A DNA stretch of 64,000 nucleotides from assembly GCA_038214375.1 (NCBI GenBank), contig JBBQRX010000001.1:77131-141130 (forward strand). The letters are read 5' to 3'. Made by a program: the position numbers and the translations under genes. The notes under the pieces are model-generated. The model worked only from the letters and a program-made list of their open reading frames with translations. It searched no databases and was not told the origin of the DNA. Shown here in pieces: positions 37,646 through 46,556 of the stretch (the first letter of the stretch is position 1; each line of letters opens with the position of its first letter). Origin of the DNA: Candidatus Limnocylindrales bacterium. GTDB lineage: Bacteria; Chloroflexota; Limnocylindria; Limnocylindrales; CSP1-4.

Positions 37646-37745
37646 CGTCTCGTGCCGCCGTCGTCTCGTGCCGCCGTCGGTGCACGGGCGTTGGCCGCCG
37701 TCGGTGCACGGGCATAGGCCGCCGTCAGTGCAGGGGCGCGGGCCG
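37646..37745. repeat. short tandem repeats (16-17 bp x2, then 24 bp x3)
   Basis: cgtctcgtgccgccgt x2, followed by gccgccgtcggtgcacgggcNNNN x3 (third copy diverged: gccgccgtcagtgcaggggc). Confidence 0.8.
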
Positions 37746-37786
37746 CGAGGTGCCCGAAACACGGCCCGTCGGCGATACTGGGCGGG

Positions 37787-38818
37787 ATGCCGATCATGTT
37801 CGACCCGCTCGGGCACGCGATCCCGGCGGAGGCGTTCGACGAGGCCGCGCGGCTGATCGCCGGACATGTCGCGCGGACGCCGTTGCTGGCGTCGAGCACT
37901 GCGGCTCGGGTGGCGGAATCGGCGAGCGGCGTTCGCCTCGCGGGAGGGACGCTGCACGCGAAGGCGGAGCATCTCCAGGCGACCGGCTCGTTCAAGGTCC
38001 GCGGCGCGACCCTTCGGCTGGCGCTGCTCGACGACGCGGAGAGGGCTGCGGGTGTGATCGCGATCTCGGCGGGCAACCACGCGGCTGCCATCGCGACGGC
38101 GGCACGGCGCGCCGGCATCCGGGCGGTGGTGGTGATGCCGGCGGCGGCCGTCCGTTCGAAGGTGGAGGCGTGCCGGGCGTACGGCGCCGAGGTGATCCTC
38201 CACGGCGCCACGACCGCCGAGGCCTGGGCGGAGATGGAGCGCGTCCTCGACGAACGCGGCCTCACGTTCATTCACCCGTTCGACCACCCCGTCACGATCG
38301 CCGGACAGGGGACCGTCGGCCTCGAGATCCTCGAGGACCTCCCGGACGTGGACGTGGTCGTGGTCGGCGTCGGCGGGGGTGGCCTCATCTCCGGGATCGC
38401 GACTGCCCTGGCAACGCGCCGGCCCGCGACCCGGGTCTGGGGCGTCGAGCCGGCGAATTCCACGGCGCTGTCGAGCGCCCTGGCCGCGGACGGGATCGTC
38501 GCCGTGACGGCCGGAAGCGTGGCCGACGGCCTCAACGCCCCGTTCGCCGGCGAGTGGACGCTCGCCCTCGCGCGGCGCCACCTCGCCGGGATCGTGACGC
38601 TCACTGACCCGGAGATCCTCGGCGGGCTGCGGTTTGCGGCGGAACGGATGAAGCAGGTCCTCGAGCCCGCGGGGGCCGCGGGGCTCGCGGCGGTCCTGCT
38701 CGGTCGCATCCCGCTGCGTGACGGCGACCGCGTCTGCGTCGTCTTCAGCGGCGGCAACGTCGCGATCGAGCGGGTCGGCGAGCTCATCGCGGAGGCGGCG
38801 CCGATCCCGGGCCTCTGA
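37787..38818 (+). CDS. PLP-dependent threonine/serine dehydratase (threonine ammonia-lyase family)
   Basis: KAEHLQATGSFKVRGA (PLP lysine), AISAGNHAAAIA, GVGGGGLISG. Confidence 0.85.
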   Translation: MPIMFDPLGHAIPAEAFDEAARLIAGHVARTPLLASSTAARVAESASGVRLAGGTLHAKAEHLQATGSFKVRGATLRLALLDDAERAAGVIAISAGNHAAAIATAARRAGIRAVVVMPAAAVRSKVEACRAYGAEVILHGATTAEAWAEMERVLDERGLTFIHPFDHPVTIAGQGTVGLEILEDLPDVDVVVVGVGGGGLISGIATALATRRPATRVWGVEPANSTALSSALAADGIVAVTAGSVADGLNAPFAGEWTLALARRHLAGIVTLTDPEILGGLRFAAERMKQVLEPAGAAGLAAVLLGRIPLRDGDRVCVVFSGGNVAIERVGELIAEAAPIPGL

Positions 38819-38835
38819 CGGGTTGGCGGCGACCT

Positions 38836-39264
38836 TCAGTCCACGCCCAGCTCGGCGAGGCGATCGTCGTCGATGCCGAGGTGGTGCGCGAGCTCGTGGA
38901 CCACCGTGATCCGGACCTCGTCCTCGAGGTCGAGCGGATCCGGGAAGTCTTCCTCGAGCGGGAGACGGAAGATCGTGATCGAGTTCGGGAAGGGCACATC
39001 ATCGGCGCCCCATTCCGTCCGCGGAACGCCCTCGTAGAGTCCGTACAGCGTCTCGTCGGGAGCGAGACCCTCCTCGCGACGCTGCTCGCGCGAAGGCTCG
39101 TCGGCGATGACGATCGCCACCTCGTGCAGCGCGATCGAGAACGGCATCGGAATCCCTGCGAGCGCGCGGTCGACGAGCTCCTCGAACCGGGCGTGGTGCG
39201 CCTCGCGCCGCCGGCCGATGGCGGCGAGGTCGGCGGCGGGGATCCCGCGGCGTCGCTTCGGCAT
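38836..39264 (-). CDS. metallopeptidase-family protein (HExxH, DUF1025-like)
   Basis: TLYGLYEG...ITIFRLPLEE...VVHELAHHLGIDDDRLAELG. Confidence 0.75.
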   Translation of the reverse strand: MPKRRRGIPAADLAAIGRRREAHHARFEELVDRALAGIPMPFSIALHEVAIVIADEPSREQRREEGLAPDETLYGLYEGVPRTEWGADDVPFPNSITIFRLPLEEDFPDPLDLEDEVRITVVHELAHHLGIDDDRLAELGVD

Positions 39265-39286
39265 GGCGCGCCTATCCTACGGCGGC

Positions 39287-40462
39287 ATGGAACGCACGCA
39301 CGCCGAACGACACACGGGCGCCGATCCGCTCACGCGCTCCGATCCGCTCACGCGCGCCGATCCGCTCCGCGGTGCGGGGTTCCGGGCGCTCGATGCCGAT
39401 GCCGACTGGGCTTCGGTGCTCGATCCGACGCAAGGGGCTGCCACCGCGATCGACGTGGCGGCAGAGCCCGAAGGCTTCCTCGTCGCGATGGACGGCGGCG
39501 TCCGCATCCACTTCCTCGACTGGGGCGGGCCGCCGGAGCCGGACGCAACGGAAGCCGACGGTTCCGGCGTCCCGAAGGCGGGACCCGGTCCGGTGCCCGG
39601 CATCCTGCTGATCCATGGTCTCGCCCGGACGGCCTGGTCGTGGTCACCGGTTGCGCGGCGGCTGCGCACCAGCGCGCACGTCGCCGCGATGGACCTGCGC
39701 GGCCACGGGCTGTCGGACGCGCCGACCGACGGCTACGACCCTGACCAGCTCGCCGAGGACGCGATCGCGGTGGCCGAAGGCGCAGGACTGCTTGCCTTCG
39801 CTGGCGAACCGGACGTGCCCTCATCGCCCGTCCCAGCGCGGCCGTTCGTCGTCGCCGGGCACGGCTACGGCGCGGTCGTCGCCGCGTGGACCGCCAACGC
39901 GCTCGGCGATCGATGCGCCGGCCTCGTGCTCGTGGACGGTGGTTGGGAGGACCTGCCGGCGATCACGGAGATGACCCCCGACGAGTGGCTGGCCGCGATA
40001 GCGGAGCCCCCGGAGGTGCTCGGTTCGATGGCCGCCTGGCTCGCCGACCGCGCGGCCTTCGATCCTGCGACATGGGGCCCCGACCACCAGCGCGCCGCCC
40101 GGGCCGAGGTCGTGGAGACGGCCGCGGGGAGGGTCAAGCTCGCGATCCACCGGCATGCGCTCGCGGCGTCGATCAAGGCGCTCTGGACGTACGACCCGGC
40201 GATGGTCCTGCCGACCGTGGAGGCCGAGGTCGTGGCGATCGCGGCCCGCGACTCTGGCGAGGGGCGGCATCTCGCGGCGTTGCGCGAAGCAGCGGCCACG
40301 CGCGGGGCCGCCGGCCGCGGCCCCATCCGGGCCGTCGCGTTCCCGGAGCTCGGGCACGACCTGCCGCGCCACGTTCCGGGGGCGATCGCGGCGGCAATCC
40401 TCGCGGTTTCGGGGCCGGGGCCCGTCGGCGGCCGTGACGCAGTGCGGGACGCACACGGCTAG
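39287..40462 (+). CDS. alpha/beta-hydrolase-fold protein lacking the canonical nucleophile serine
   Basis: GILLIHGLARTAWSW, MDLRGHGLSD, but the nucleophile elbow reads AGHGYGA instead of GxSxG. ATG 39287 (39263 also in frame). Confidence 0.75.
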   Translation: MERTHAERHTGADPLTRSDPLTRADPLRGAGFRALDADADWASVLDPTQGAATAIDVAAEPEGFLVAMDGGVRIHFLDWGGPPEPDATEADGSGVPKAGPGPVPGILLIHGLARTAWSWSPVARRLRTSAHVAAMDLRGHGLSDAPTDGYDPDQLAEDAIAVAEGAGLLAFAGEPDVPSSPVPARPFVVAGHGYGAVVAAWTANALGDRCAGLVLVDGGWEDLPAITEMTPDEWLAAIAEPPEVLGSMAAWLADRAAFDPATWGPDHQRAARAEVVETAAGRVKLAIHRHALAASIKALWTYDPAMVLPTVEAEVVAIAARDSGEGRHLAALREAAATRGAAGRGPIRAVAFPELGHDLPRHVPGAIAAAILAVSGPGPVGGRDAVRDAHG

Positions 40463-40471
40463 GATGCCCGG

Positions 40472-41254
40472 GTGCCCAGCCGAGACCGAATGCCCAGCCG
40501 AGACCGAGTGCCAAGCCGAGACCGAATGCCCAGCCGAGATCTTCCCGCAAACGTGAAGTCGATCGTCACCGAGATCGAGACCGAGATCGGCGACGACGAA
40601 GGCGCCGGCCCGGCGTTCGCCGCCGCGCTGGCACCCGCGGCCGCCATCGAGGGCGCTGGCACGCGCCACGCTGCCGCGACCGCCGGCACCGGTCGCGTCG
40701 AGGCTGCCGTCCGCGGAATCCTCCGCGAGATCGGCGAGGATCCCGACCGGCAGGGCCTGGTGGAGACGCCAGGGCGGGTGCACCGGATGTACGCCGAGCT
40801 GACGGCGGGTTACCACGTGAACCCGGAGCGCCTCATCAACGGCGCCATCTTCGACGTCGACTACAGCGAGATGGTGGTCGTGAAGGAGATCCCGTTCTAC
40901 TCGCTGTGCGAGCACCACCTCCTGCCATTCTTCGGGACTGCCGCGGTCGCCTACATCCCGCGCGGCCGAGTGATCGGGCTCTCGAAGATTCCGCGGATCG
41001 TCGAGATGTACGCACGCCGGCTCCAGGTCCAGGAGCGCCTGACCCAGCAGATCGCGGAATTCCTGCAGGAGCGGCTGGGGCCGAATGGCACGGGCGTCGT
41101 CATCGAGGCGACACACCTGTGCGCAGTGATGCGGGGGGTTCGCAAGCCCGGCACGGTGATGACCACGAGCCACGTCCTGGGTCTCTTCCGGACGAGCGAC
41201 AAGACGCGCGCGGAGTTCTTCGCGCACCTCGAGCGGCGGTCACCGGGCGCCTGA
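40472..41254 (+). CDS. folE: GTP cyclohydrolase I (FolE) with uncertain N-terminal extension
   Basis: [47 protein letters not shown]. The start is uncertain: GTG 40472 would encode (V/M)PSRDR x4 from the tandem repeat, and GTG 40553 is an in-frame alternative. Confidence 0.85.
   Translation: MPSRDRMPSRDRVPSRDRMPSRDLPANVKSIVTEIETEIGDDEGAGPAFAAALAPAAAIEGAGTRHAAATAGTGRVEAAVRGILREIGEDPDRQGLVETPGRVHRMYAELTAGYHVNPERLINGAIFDVDYSEMVVVKEIPFYSLCEHHLLPFFGTAAVAYIPRGRVIGLSKIPRIVEMYARRLQVQERLTQQIAEFLQERLGPNGTGVVIEATHLCAVMRGVRKPGTVMTTSHVLGLFRTSDKTRAEFFAHLERRSPGA
40473..40544 (+). repeat. 18-bp tandem repeat x4 at the 5' end of the folE ORF
   Basis: tgcccagccgagaccgaa / tgcccagccgagaccgag / tgccaagccgagaccgaa / tgcccagccgagatcttc. 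Confidence 0.85.
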
Positions 41255-41368
41255 CGACGGCGATTGACGGTTCGGCGGCCCCGGCCGGGCGGGCATCGGC
41301 GCCGCCCGATGGGGCCTGGGCGGTCGGGACCAGGCCGATGGCGCGCCGACCCGGCTATGATCCCGACC

Positions 41369-41776
41369 ATGACCGATCGACCGATCAAGGTGCTCATCGC
41401 CAAGCCCGGGCTCGACGGCCACGACCGGGGCGCCAAGGTTCTCGCCCGCGGCCTGCGCGACGAGGGGTTCGAGGTCGTCTATACGGGCCTCCGCCAGACC
41501 CCCGAGATGATCGCGACCGCGGCGCTCCAGGAGGACGTGGACGTCGTGGGACTCTCGATCCTGTCGGGCGCCCACATGACCCTGTTGCCGAAGGTGACCC
41601 GCCTGCTCCACGAGCGCGGCCTCGACGACGTGCTGGTGACCGCCGGCGGGATCATCCCCGACGACGACATCCCGGCCCTCGAGGCGGCCGGGGTCGCCGC
41701 CGTCTTCGGGCCGGGAACCACGATCGCGGAGGTTGCGGCATACATCCGGAGCCACGTCAGGCCGCCCGAGGCGTGA
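41369..41776 (+). CDS. methylmalonyl-CoA mutase-family small subunit (cobalamin-binding domain)
   Basis: [35 protein letters not shown] carries the DxHxxG B12-binding motif; 135 aa. Confidence 0.9.
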   Translation: MTDRPIKVLIAKPGLDGHDRGAKVLARGLRDEGFEVVYTGLRQTPEMIATAALQEDVDVVGLSILSGAHMTLLPKVTRLLHERGLDDVLVTAGGIIPDDDIPALEAAGVAAVFGPGTTIAEVAAYIRSHVRPPEA

Positions 41777-42849
41777 GCTCGGCCGCGATCCGGGCCGAGG
41801 AGCTGGCGGACGCGGCCGTGGCCGGCGACCGCCGGGCGCTGGCGCGGCTCCTCACGGCCGTGGAGAACCGGACACCGACCGCGGAGGCCGCCCTTCGACG
41901 TCTCTACCCCGGCACTGGGCGGGCTCACCTCGTGGGCATCACGGGTGCGCCGGGCGCGGGCAAGAGCACGCTCGTTGCCGCGCTCATCGCGGTGGTGCGT
42001 GCCGCCGGCAGGTCGGTCGCCGTGGTGGCCGTGGACCCGTCGTCGCCGATCACGGGGGGCGCGCTCCTGGGCGACCGCGTCCGGATGCAGGCGTACGCCT
42101 CCGACGACGGGGTGTTCATCCGGAGCATGGCCTCGCGAGGGCACGCGGGCGGGCTTGCGGCGACGAGCACCAGCGCGGCGACGGTGCTCGACGCAGCCGG
42201 TTTCGACCTGATCCTGCTCGAGACCGTTGGCACGGGCCAGAGCGAGGTGGAGGTCGCCGCGGCAGCCGACACGACCGTCGTCCTCGAGGCGCCCGAGATG
42301 GGCGACGAGGTCCAGGCGATCAAGGCGGGCCTCCTCGAGGTGGCCGACATCGTCGTCGTGAACAAGGGCGACCGGCCAGGCGCCCAGCGGACGGCGGCTC
42401 AGCTGCGGGCGATGCTGATGTCCGGGATGGGCCCACGGCCGGCGTCCGCTGGCTCGCACCCGGGCGAATTCGCGCACAAGGAGGCGCCCGCTGGGCGTGG
42501 CGCGCCGTCCGCAGGGGGCGACGACCTGACCGAGCGCCTCCGTCCGAAGCGGCCGGACGTCCTCATCACGACCGCCTCCACCGGCGATGGCGTCCCCGCG
42601 CTCCTCGTCGCGCTGGATCGGCATCGCGCTGCCGGCCGCGAGGGCGTGGCCGATGCAGCGCGACTCGCCCGAGCCGAAGCGCAGGTCTGGACGATCGTCT
42701 CCGAGCGGCTCCAGGCTCGTTTCCACGGGGCGGCCTCGGCGCCTGCGACCGAGGCGACCCTGCGGGCCGTTGCGGAGCACCGACTCGACCCATACGCGGC
42801 GGCCGATCGACTTCTCGAGTCACTGACGGGCGGGCACGCCTCGGACTGA
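41773..42849 (+). CDS. meaB: methylmalonyl-CoA mutase-associated GTPase MeaB/ArgK
   Basis: [13 protein letters not shown] (P-loop), [38 protein letters not shown] 41773 overlaps the upstream stop (GTGA). Confidence 0.9.
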   Translation: MSSAAIRAEELADAAVAGDRRALARLLTAVENRTPTAEAALRRLYPGTGRAHLVGITGAPGAGKSTLVAALIAVVRAAGRSVAVVAVDPSSPITGGALLGDRVRMQAYASDDGVFIRSMASRGHAGGLAATSTSAATVLDAAGFDLILLETVGTGQSEVEVAAAADTTVVLEAPEMGDEVQAIKAGLLEVADIVVVNKGDRPGAQRTAAQLRAMLMSGMGPRPASAGSHPGEFAHKEAPAGRGAPSAGGDDLTERLRPKRPDVLITTASTGDGVPALLVALDRHRAAGREGVADAARLARAEAQVWTIVSERLQARFHGAASAPATEATLRAVAEHRLDPYAAADRLLESLTGGHASD

Positions 42850-43435
42850 GCGGGCGGCTGCTCGTCCGCGGCGCAGCCGATGACGCGGTCCCCGTCGAGT
42901 CCGCGGCGCCGCGCTCCCGGTGCGCGGCGCCGAGTCCAGCTCCCGGTCCCCGGCGCCGCGCCCGGCTCCCGGCTCCCGGTGCGGGTGTGCACGGATTGGG
43001 CACTGCGACCGCCGGGGACCCTGGCAGTGCCGCCTTTGCTTCACGGAATCAGCAGTACAACCGTTCGTCGGTCGATCTGCGTCACCGGCTGCACCTCGGG
43101 GCCGGATCGGGCCTCCCTGTCGGTCGCAGTGCTCACCGGGCGCACGCGTCGCCGGCAGGTCCGGCGCTCACGCCCCGGCCCGCCTCGGTCGAGCGCCTGC
43201 CCGAACTTCTGCGTGACCCGTTCTCCCAACGTGACGATCGTCGCCACACGTGGCGGCCAACGATGGACCGCAGCCCGCGGCCACGCGCCTCGAGCACCCC
43301 GCCTTGACAAGAAGATGGTCCCGGAGGCGTACGATCGAGCCGCGCAGTCGGTCGAAGAGGCCGGCCGCGCTCGAGAATGCGCGGTCGGTCCAGCATGCGC
43401 CGCCCGGTCGCCAGGCCGGGAAAGGAGGCCCCGAG

Positions 43436-43729
43436 GTGATCGTCGAAGGCGGGTCAGCCTTCGTCGTCGGCGCTTTGATCCTCTTCCTGTTCGCGGGTCT
43501 GCCGCTGGTTAGTGGCGCGATCGCTGTCGCAGTAGTCGGCCCCCGTTCGTGGTCGGCCTTGAAGGCCCCGGCCTGCGCGGCCTTCGGGGTGATGTTCCTG
43601 TGGTTTGCGATCGGACAGCGTCTGCCGCCCTGGATCGGCGTCGGCCACGTGATGATCGTCATGCTTCTCGCGGCCGTCGCAACGGCGTACCTGCGCAGGC
43701 GGTGGCAGCGAGATCGGGTGCTGGGCTAG
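43436..43729 (+). CDS. small membrane protein (97 aa)
   Basis: GTG 43436 lies 7 nt after aaaggagg. Three hydrophobic helices (FVVGALILFLFAGLPLV..., FGVMFLWFAIG..., VMIVMLLAAVATAY). Confidence 0.55.
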   Translation: MIVEGGSAFVVGALILFLFAGLPLVSGAIAVAVVGPRSWSALKAPACAAFGVMFLWFAIGQRLPPWIGVGHVMIVMLLAAVATAYLRRRWQRDRVLG

Positions 43730-43742
43730 AATCTCGGGCGCG

Positions 43743-43772
43743 CGGCGGAGTAGCTCAGAGGTAGAGCAGGAC
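43743..43772 (+). pseudogene. tRNA 5'-half fragment (acceptor 5' strand plus complete D arm, then divergence)
   Basis: GGCGGAG-TA-GCTC-AGAGGTA-GAGC-A-GGACC closely parallels the 5' halves of the two intact tRNAs in this window. I could fold no matching anticodon stem, T arm or acceptor 3' strand downstream. Confidence 0.4.
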
Positions 43773-44326
43773 CTCGACTGCTCGCGTCAATGCCACAGTC
43801 AGCCTGTTGGGACGACCGCGGGAATCCGCCGACCCCCGATGTAATCGGAGAACCGTTCGTCCAGCAGCGACCTACGGGCTGAGCGTCTGCTGCCTCGATG
43901 CCAGCCGCCGACCCAGGCTCGACCTGCTGATCGACCCCTGATCGAACGGCCGATGACAAGGCGCCCACGACAATCCAGGCAAGCCCGACCGACCCAACGG
44001 TCCCGAGCGCATTGAGCGGCCCAGCGGACGAGCCGTAGATCTGGCCCCTCACCGCCTCAGCGATCGACTCCGTCATGCGGCTACGGCGACCAGCATCGCA
44101 ATTGCGACTGCCGCTCGACGTGACCTGGACACCCACACTCTCCGACTGCTCGCTGTCTCCCCGAGTGTCCGCCCGACGCGCGTGCCAGTCAATCGATTCA
44201 TGATTGGGCGCGGCTTTCCGGGCCACCGTCGCGCCAGCGGCCGGACCTGCGCAATGCGTGGCCGCCTTCGCGCACCCCGCGACACGCGAATCCCCGCGTC
44301 GACGGCCAAGGCGTACTCTCTCGGGT

Positions 44327-45190
44327 ATGTCGATCGAGCGCGCGTTCGTGGCCGGAGCCGGAATGATGGGCCACGGGATCTCCCAGGTCCTCGCCACCGC
44401 GGGGAGGATCGTCGACCTCTATGAACCCGACCTGTCCCGGGCGGAGGCGGGCCGCGCACGGATTCTCGGCAACCTTGAGCGCGCGGTGACGAAAGGCCGG
44501 CTGGACGGGACGGAGGCCCGCGAGATCGCGGATCGCATCGCCGCAACGGATCGCATCGCCGCCGTGGAAGACGCCGACCTCGTGGTCGAGGCGGTCTTCG
44601 AGGACGAGGCGGTCAAGCGGGCGCTGTGGGACGAGATCGACGGGCGCGCTCCCGGGCGGGCGATCTTCGCGTCGAACACGAGCTCGATCTCGATCGACCG
44701 CCTCGCGGAGTCGCTTGCCGCCGGCCGTCGAAGCCACTTCTGCGGGATGCACTTCTTCAGCCCCGTGCCCGTCATGCCGCTGGTCGAGCTGATCCGCGGC
44801 AGCGCGACCGACGACGCGACGGTCGCGGCGGTCCGCGCCCTGGCCTCGGACATGGGCAAGCAGGTGATCGTGTCGGCCGACCGGCCCGGCTTCATCGTCA
44901 ACCGGATCCTGATGCCGCTCCTGGCCGAGGCGATGCGCGCGCTCGAGGAGGGGATCGGCACGGCCGCGGACATCGATACGGGCGCGCGCGTCGGCCTCAA
45001 CCACCCGATGGGCCCGCTCGCGCTCGCCGACTTCATCGGGCTCGACGTCGTGCTCGGGGTGATGCGCGTCCTGCACGCCGATCTGGGCGATCCACGCTTC
45101 GCGCCGCCGCGTACGCTGGAGGCCCTGGTCGCGGCCGGGAAGCTGGGCCAGAAGAGCGGCGAGGGGTTCTTCCACTATCCGCGCGACTGA
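44327..45190 (+). CDS. 3-hydroxyacyl/3-hydroxybutyryl-CoA dehydrogenase
   Basis: AFVAGAGMMGHGISQV (NAD fold), ASNTSSISI, HFFSPVPVMPLVELI, GFIVNRILMP, NHPMGPLALADFIGLD. Confidence 0.9.
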   Translation: MSIERAFVAGAGMMGHGISQVLATAGRIVDLYEPDLSRAEAGRARILGNLERAVTKGRLDGTEAREIADRIAATDRIAAVEDADLVVEAVFEDEAVKRALWDEIDGRAPGRAIFASNTSSISIDRLAESLAAGRRSHFCGMHFFSPVPVMPLVELIRGSATDDATVAAVRALASDMGKQVIVSADRPGFIVNRILMPLLAEAMRALEEGIGTAADIDTGARVGLNHPMGPLALADFIGLDVVLGVMRVLHADLGDPRFAPPRTLEALVAAGKLGQKSGEGFFHYPRD

Positions 45191-45248
45191 CGGCCCCGCG
45201 GAACGGCGGGCACATTGCGGCAAGCGGGTTGCCGCGAGGGGAGGGGAC

Positions 45249-46532
45249 GTGTTCGACGCATTCGACGGGCTGGGGCCGGACGAGCGACTCCTCGGCGAGA
45301 CGGTCCGCGCCTTTGCCCGCGACGTGATCGCGCCCGGTGCGATCGCGCGCGACGAGGCCGAGCACTTCGACCGCGCCCTGATCGGTGCGATGGCCGAGCT
45401 CGGACTGCTGGCAGGACCTTTCCCGGAGTCCGTGGGTGGGGCGGGCCTCTCGGCCGCGGCCTGGACGATCGTGGTGGAGGAGATCGCGGCCGCCGACATG
45501 GCCGTGGCGGTGAGCCTCTGCGTCCACGTCCTGCACCAGAACCCGGTGGTCCGCTGGGGCACGCCCGAGCAGCAGGCACGCTGGCTGCCGGCGCTTCAGG
45601 CGGGCGAAGCGCTCGGTGCGTTCGCGCTAACCGAGCCGGGCGCCGGATCCGACGCCGCGGCCTTACGGACTCGCGCGACGCCCCTCGGGGCCGACGGGCG
45701 GGAGCTGGGCCCAGCCGAGCCGACGACCGCCGCCGCCGACACGACCGCCGCCGACACGACCGCCGCCGCCGTGCCCACCGCCGCCGCCGAGCCGCCGCCC
45801 GAAGCCGCGGCGTACCGGCTGGACGGGACGAAGATCTGGATCTCGAACGCCCCGGACGCCGAGCGATATCTCGTCTTTGCCACCCTCGATCCGGCCCGGG
45901 GCGCCGCGGCGATCACCGCCTTCCTGGTCGAGAAGGGGACCCCCGGGTTCCGGTTCGGGGCCCACGAGAAGAAGATGGGAATCCGGGCCTGCCCGGCCGC
46001 CGAGCTGATCTTCGATGGCGCAGTCGTTCCCGCCGCGAATCGGCTCGGCGGGGAGGGCGAGGGGTACCGGGTCGCGCTTTCCGCGCTCGGCGACGGGCGG
46101 ATCGCGATCGCGGCAGCCTGCACGGGCCTTGCCCGCGCGGCGCTCGAGCGCGCGTCCGTGTACCTCCACGAGCGGCGTGCCTTCGGCGCGGAGATCGCCG
46201 AGCTCCAGGGGCTCCGGTTCATGATCGCGGAGATGGCCCAGCAGGTCGCCACCGCGCGCGCATTGACGCGGAGCGCGGCCGCGACCCGAGATCGGGGAGC
46301 GCCCGGGACCGAGGTAGCCGCCGCGGCGTCGCTCGCCAAGTGGACCGCGTCGGATGCGGCGATGCGCGTGGCCACGGACGCGGTGCAGCTCCTCGGCGCG
46401 GCCGGCTACTCGCGCGAAACGGGAGTGGAGCGGCTCATGCGCGACGCGAAGGGGGCGCAGATCTACGAGGGGACGAACCAGGTCCACCGCGGGATCGTCG
46501 CGGACGCGATCCTCGGACGCGTGACCGGGTAG
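45249..46532 (+). CDS. acyl-CoA dehydrogenase with a low-complexity insertion
   Basis: FALTEPGAGSDAAAL, DGTKIWISNA, RIAIAAACTGLARAALE, IYEGTNQVHRGI. There is a ~40-aa Ala/Thr/Pro-rich insertion between the first two blocks. GTG start after ggggagggg. Confidence 0.9.
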   Translation: MFDAFDGLGPDERLLGETVRAFARDVIAPGAIARDEAEHFDRALIGAMAELGLLAGPFPESVGGAGLSAAAWTIVVEEIAAADMAVAVSLCVHVLHQNPVVRWGTPEQQARWLPALQAGEALGAFALTEPGAGSDAAALRTRATPLGADGRELGPAEPTTAAADTTAADTTAAAVPTAAAEPPPEAAAYRLDGTKIWISNAPDAERYLVFATLDPARGAAAITAFLVEKGTPGFRFGAHEKKMGIRACPAAELIFDGAVVPAANRLGGEGEGYRVALSALGDGRIAIAAACTGLARAALERASVYLHERRAFGAEIAELQGLRFMIAEMAQQVATARALTRSAAATRDRGAPGTEVAAAASLAKWTASDAAMRVATDAVQLLGAAGYSRETGVERLMRDAKGAQIYEGTNQVHRGIVADAILGRVTG

Positions 46533-46556
46533 GGGACGCGGGGTAGCATCCCTGTC

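Noticed and set aside
43041-43310. 89-aa minus-strand ORF as a real gene, or as an antitoxin-like ribbon-helix-helix protein.
   Set aside because: No SD and no recognisable fold signature. The Arg-rich middle is typical of GC artefacts. It is mentioned only as a candidate inside the unassigned gap.
43774-44153. 11-bp direct repeat cgactgctcgc as att or target-site duplication of an insertion next to the tRNA fragment.
   Set aside because: By my rough estimate, an 11-mer recurring within 400 bp is expected many times by chance at this composition. It is not usable as evidence on its own.
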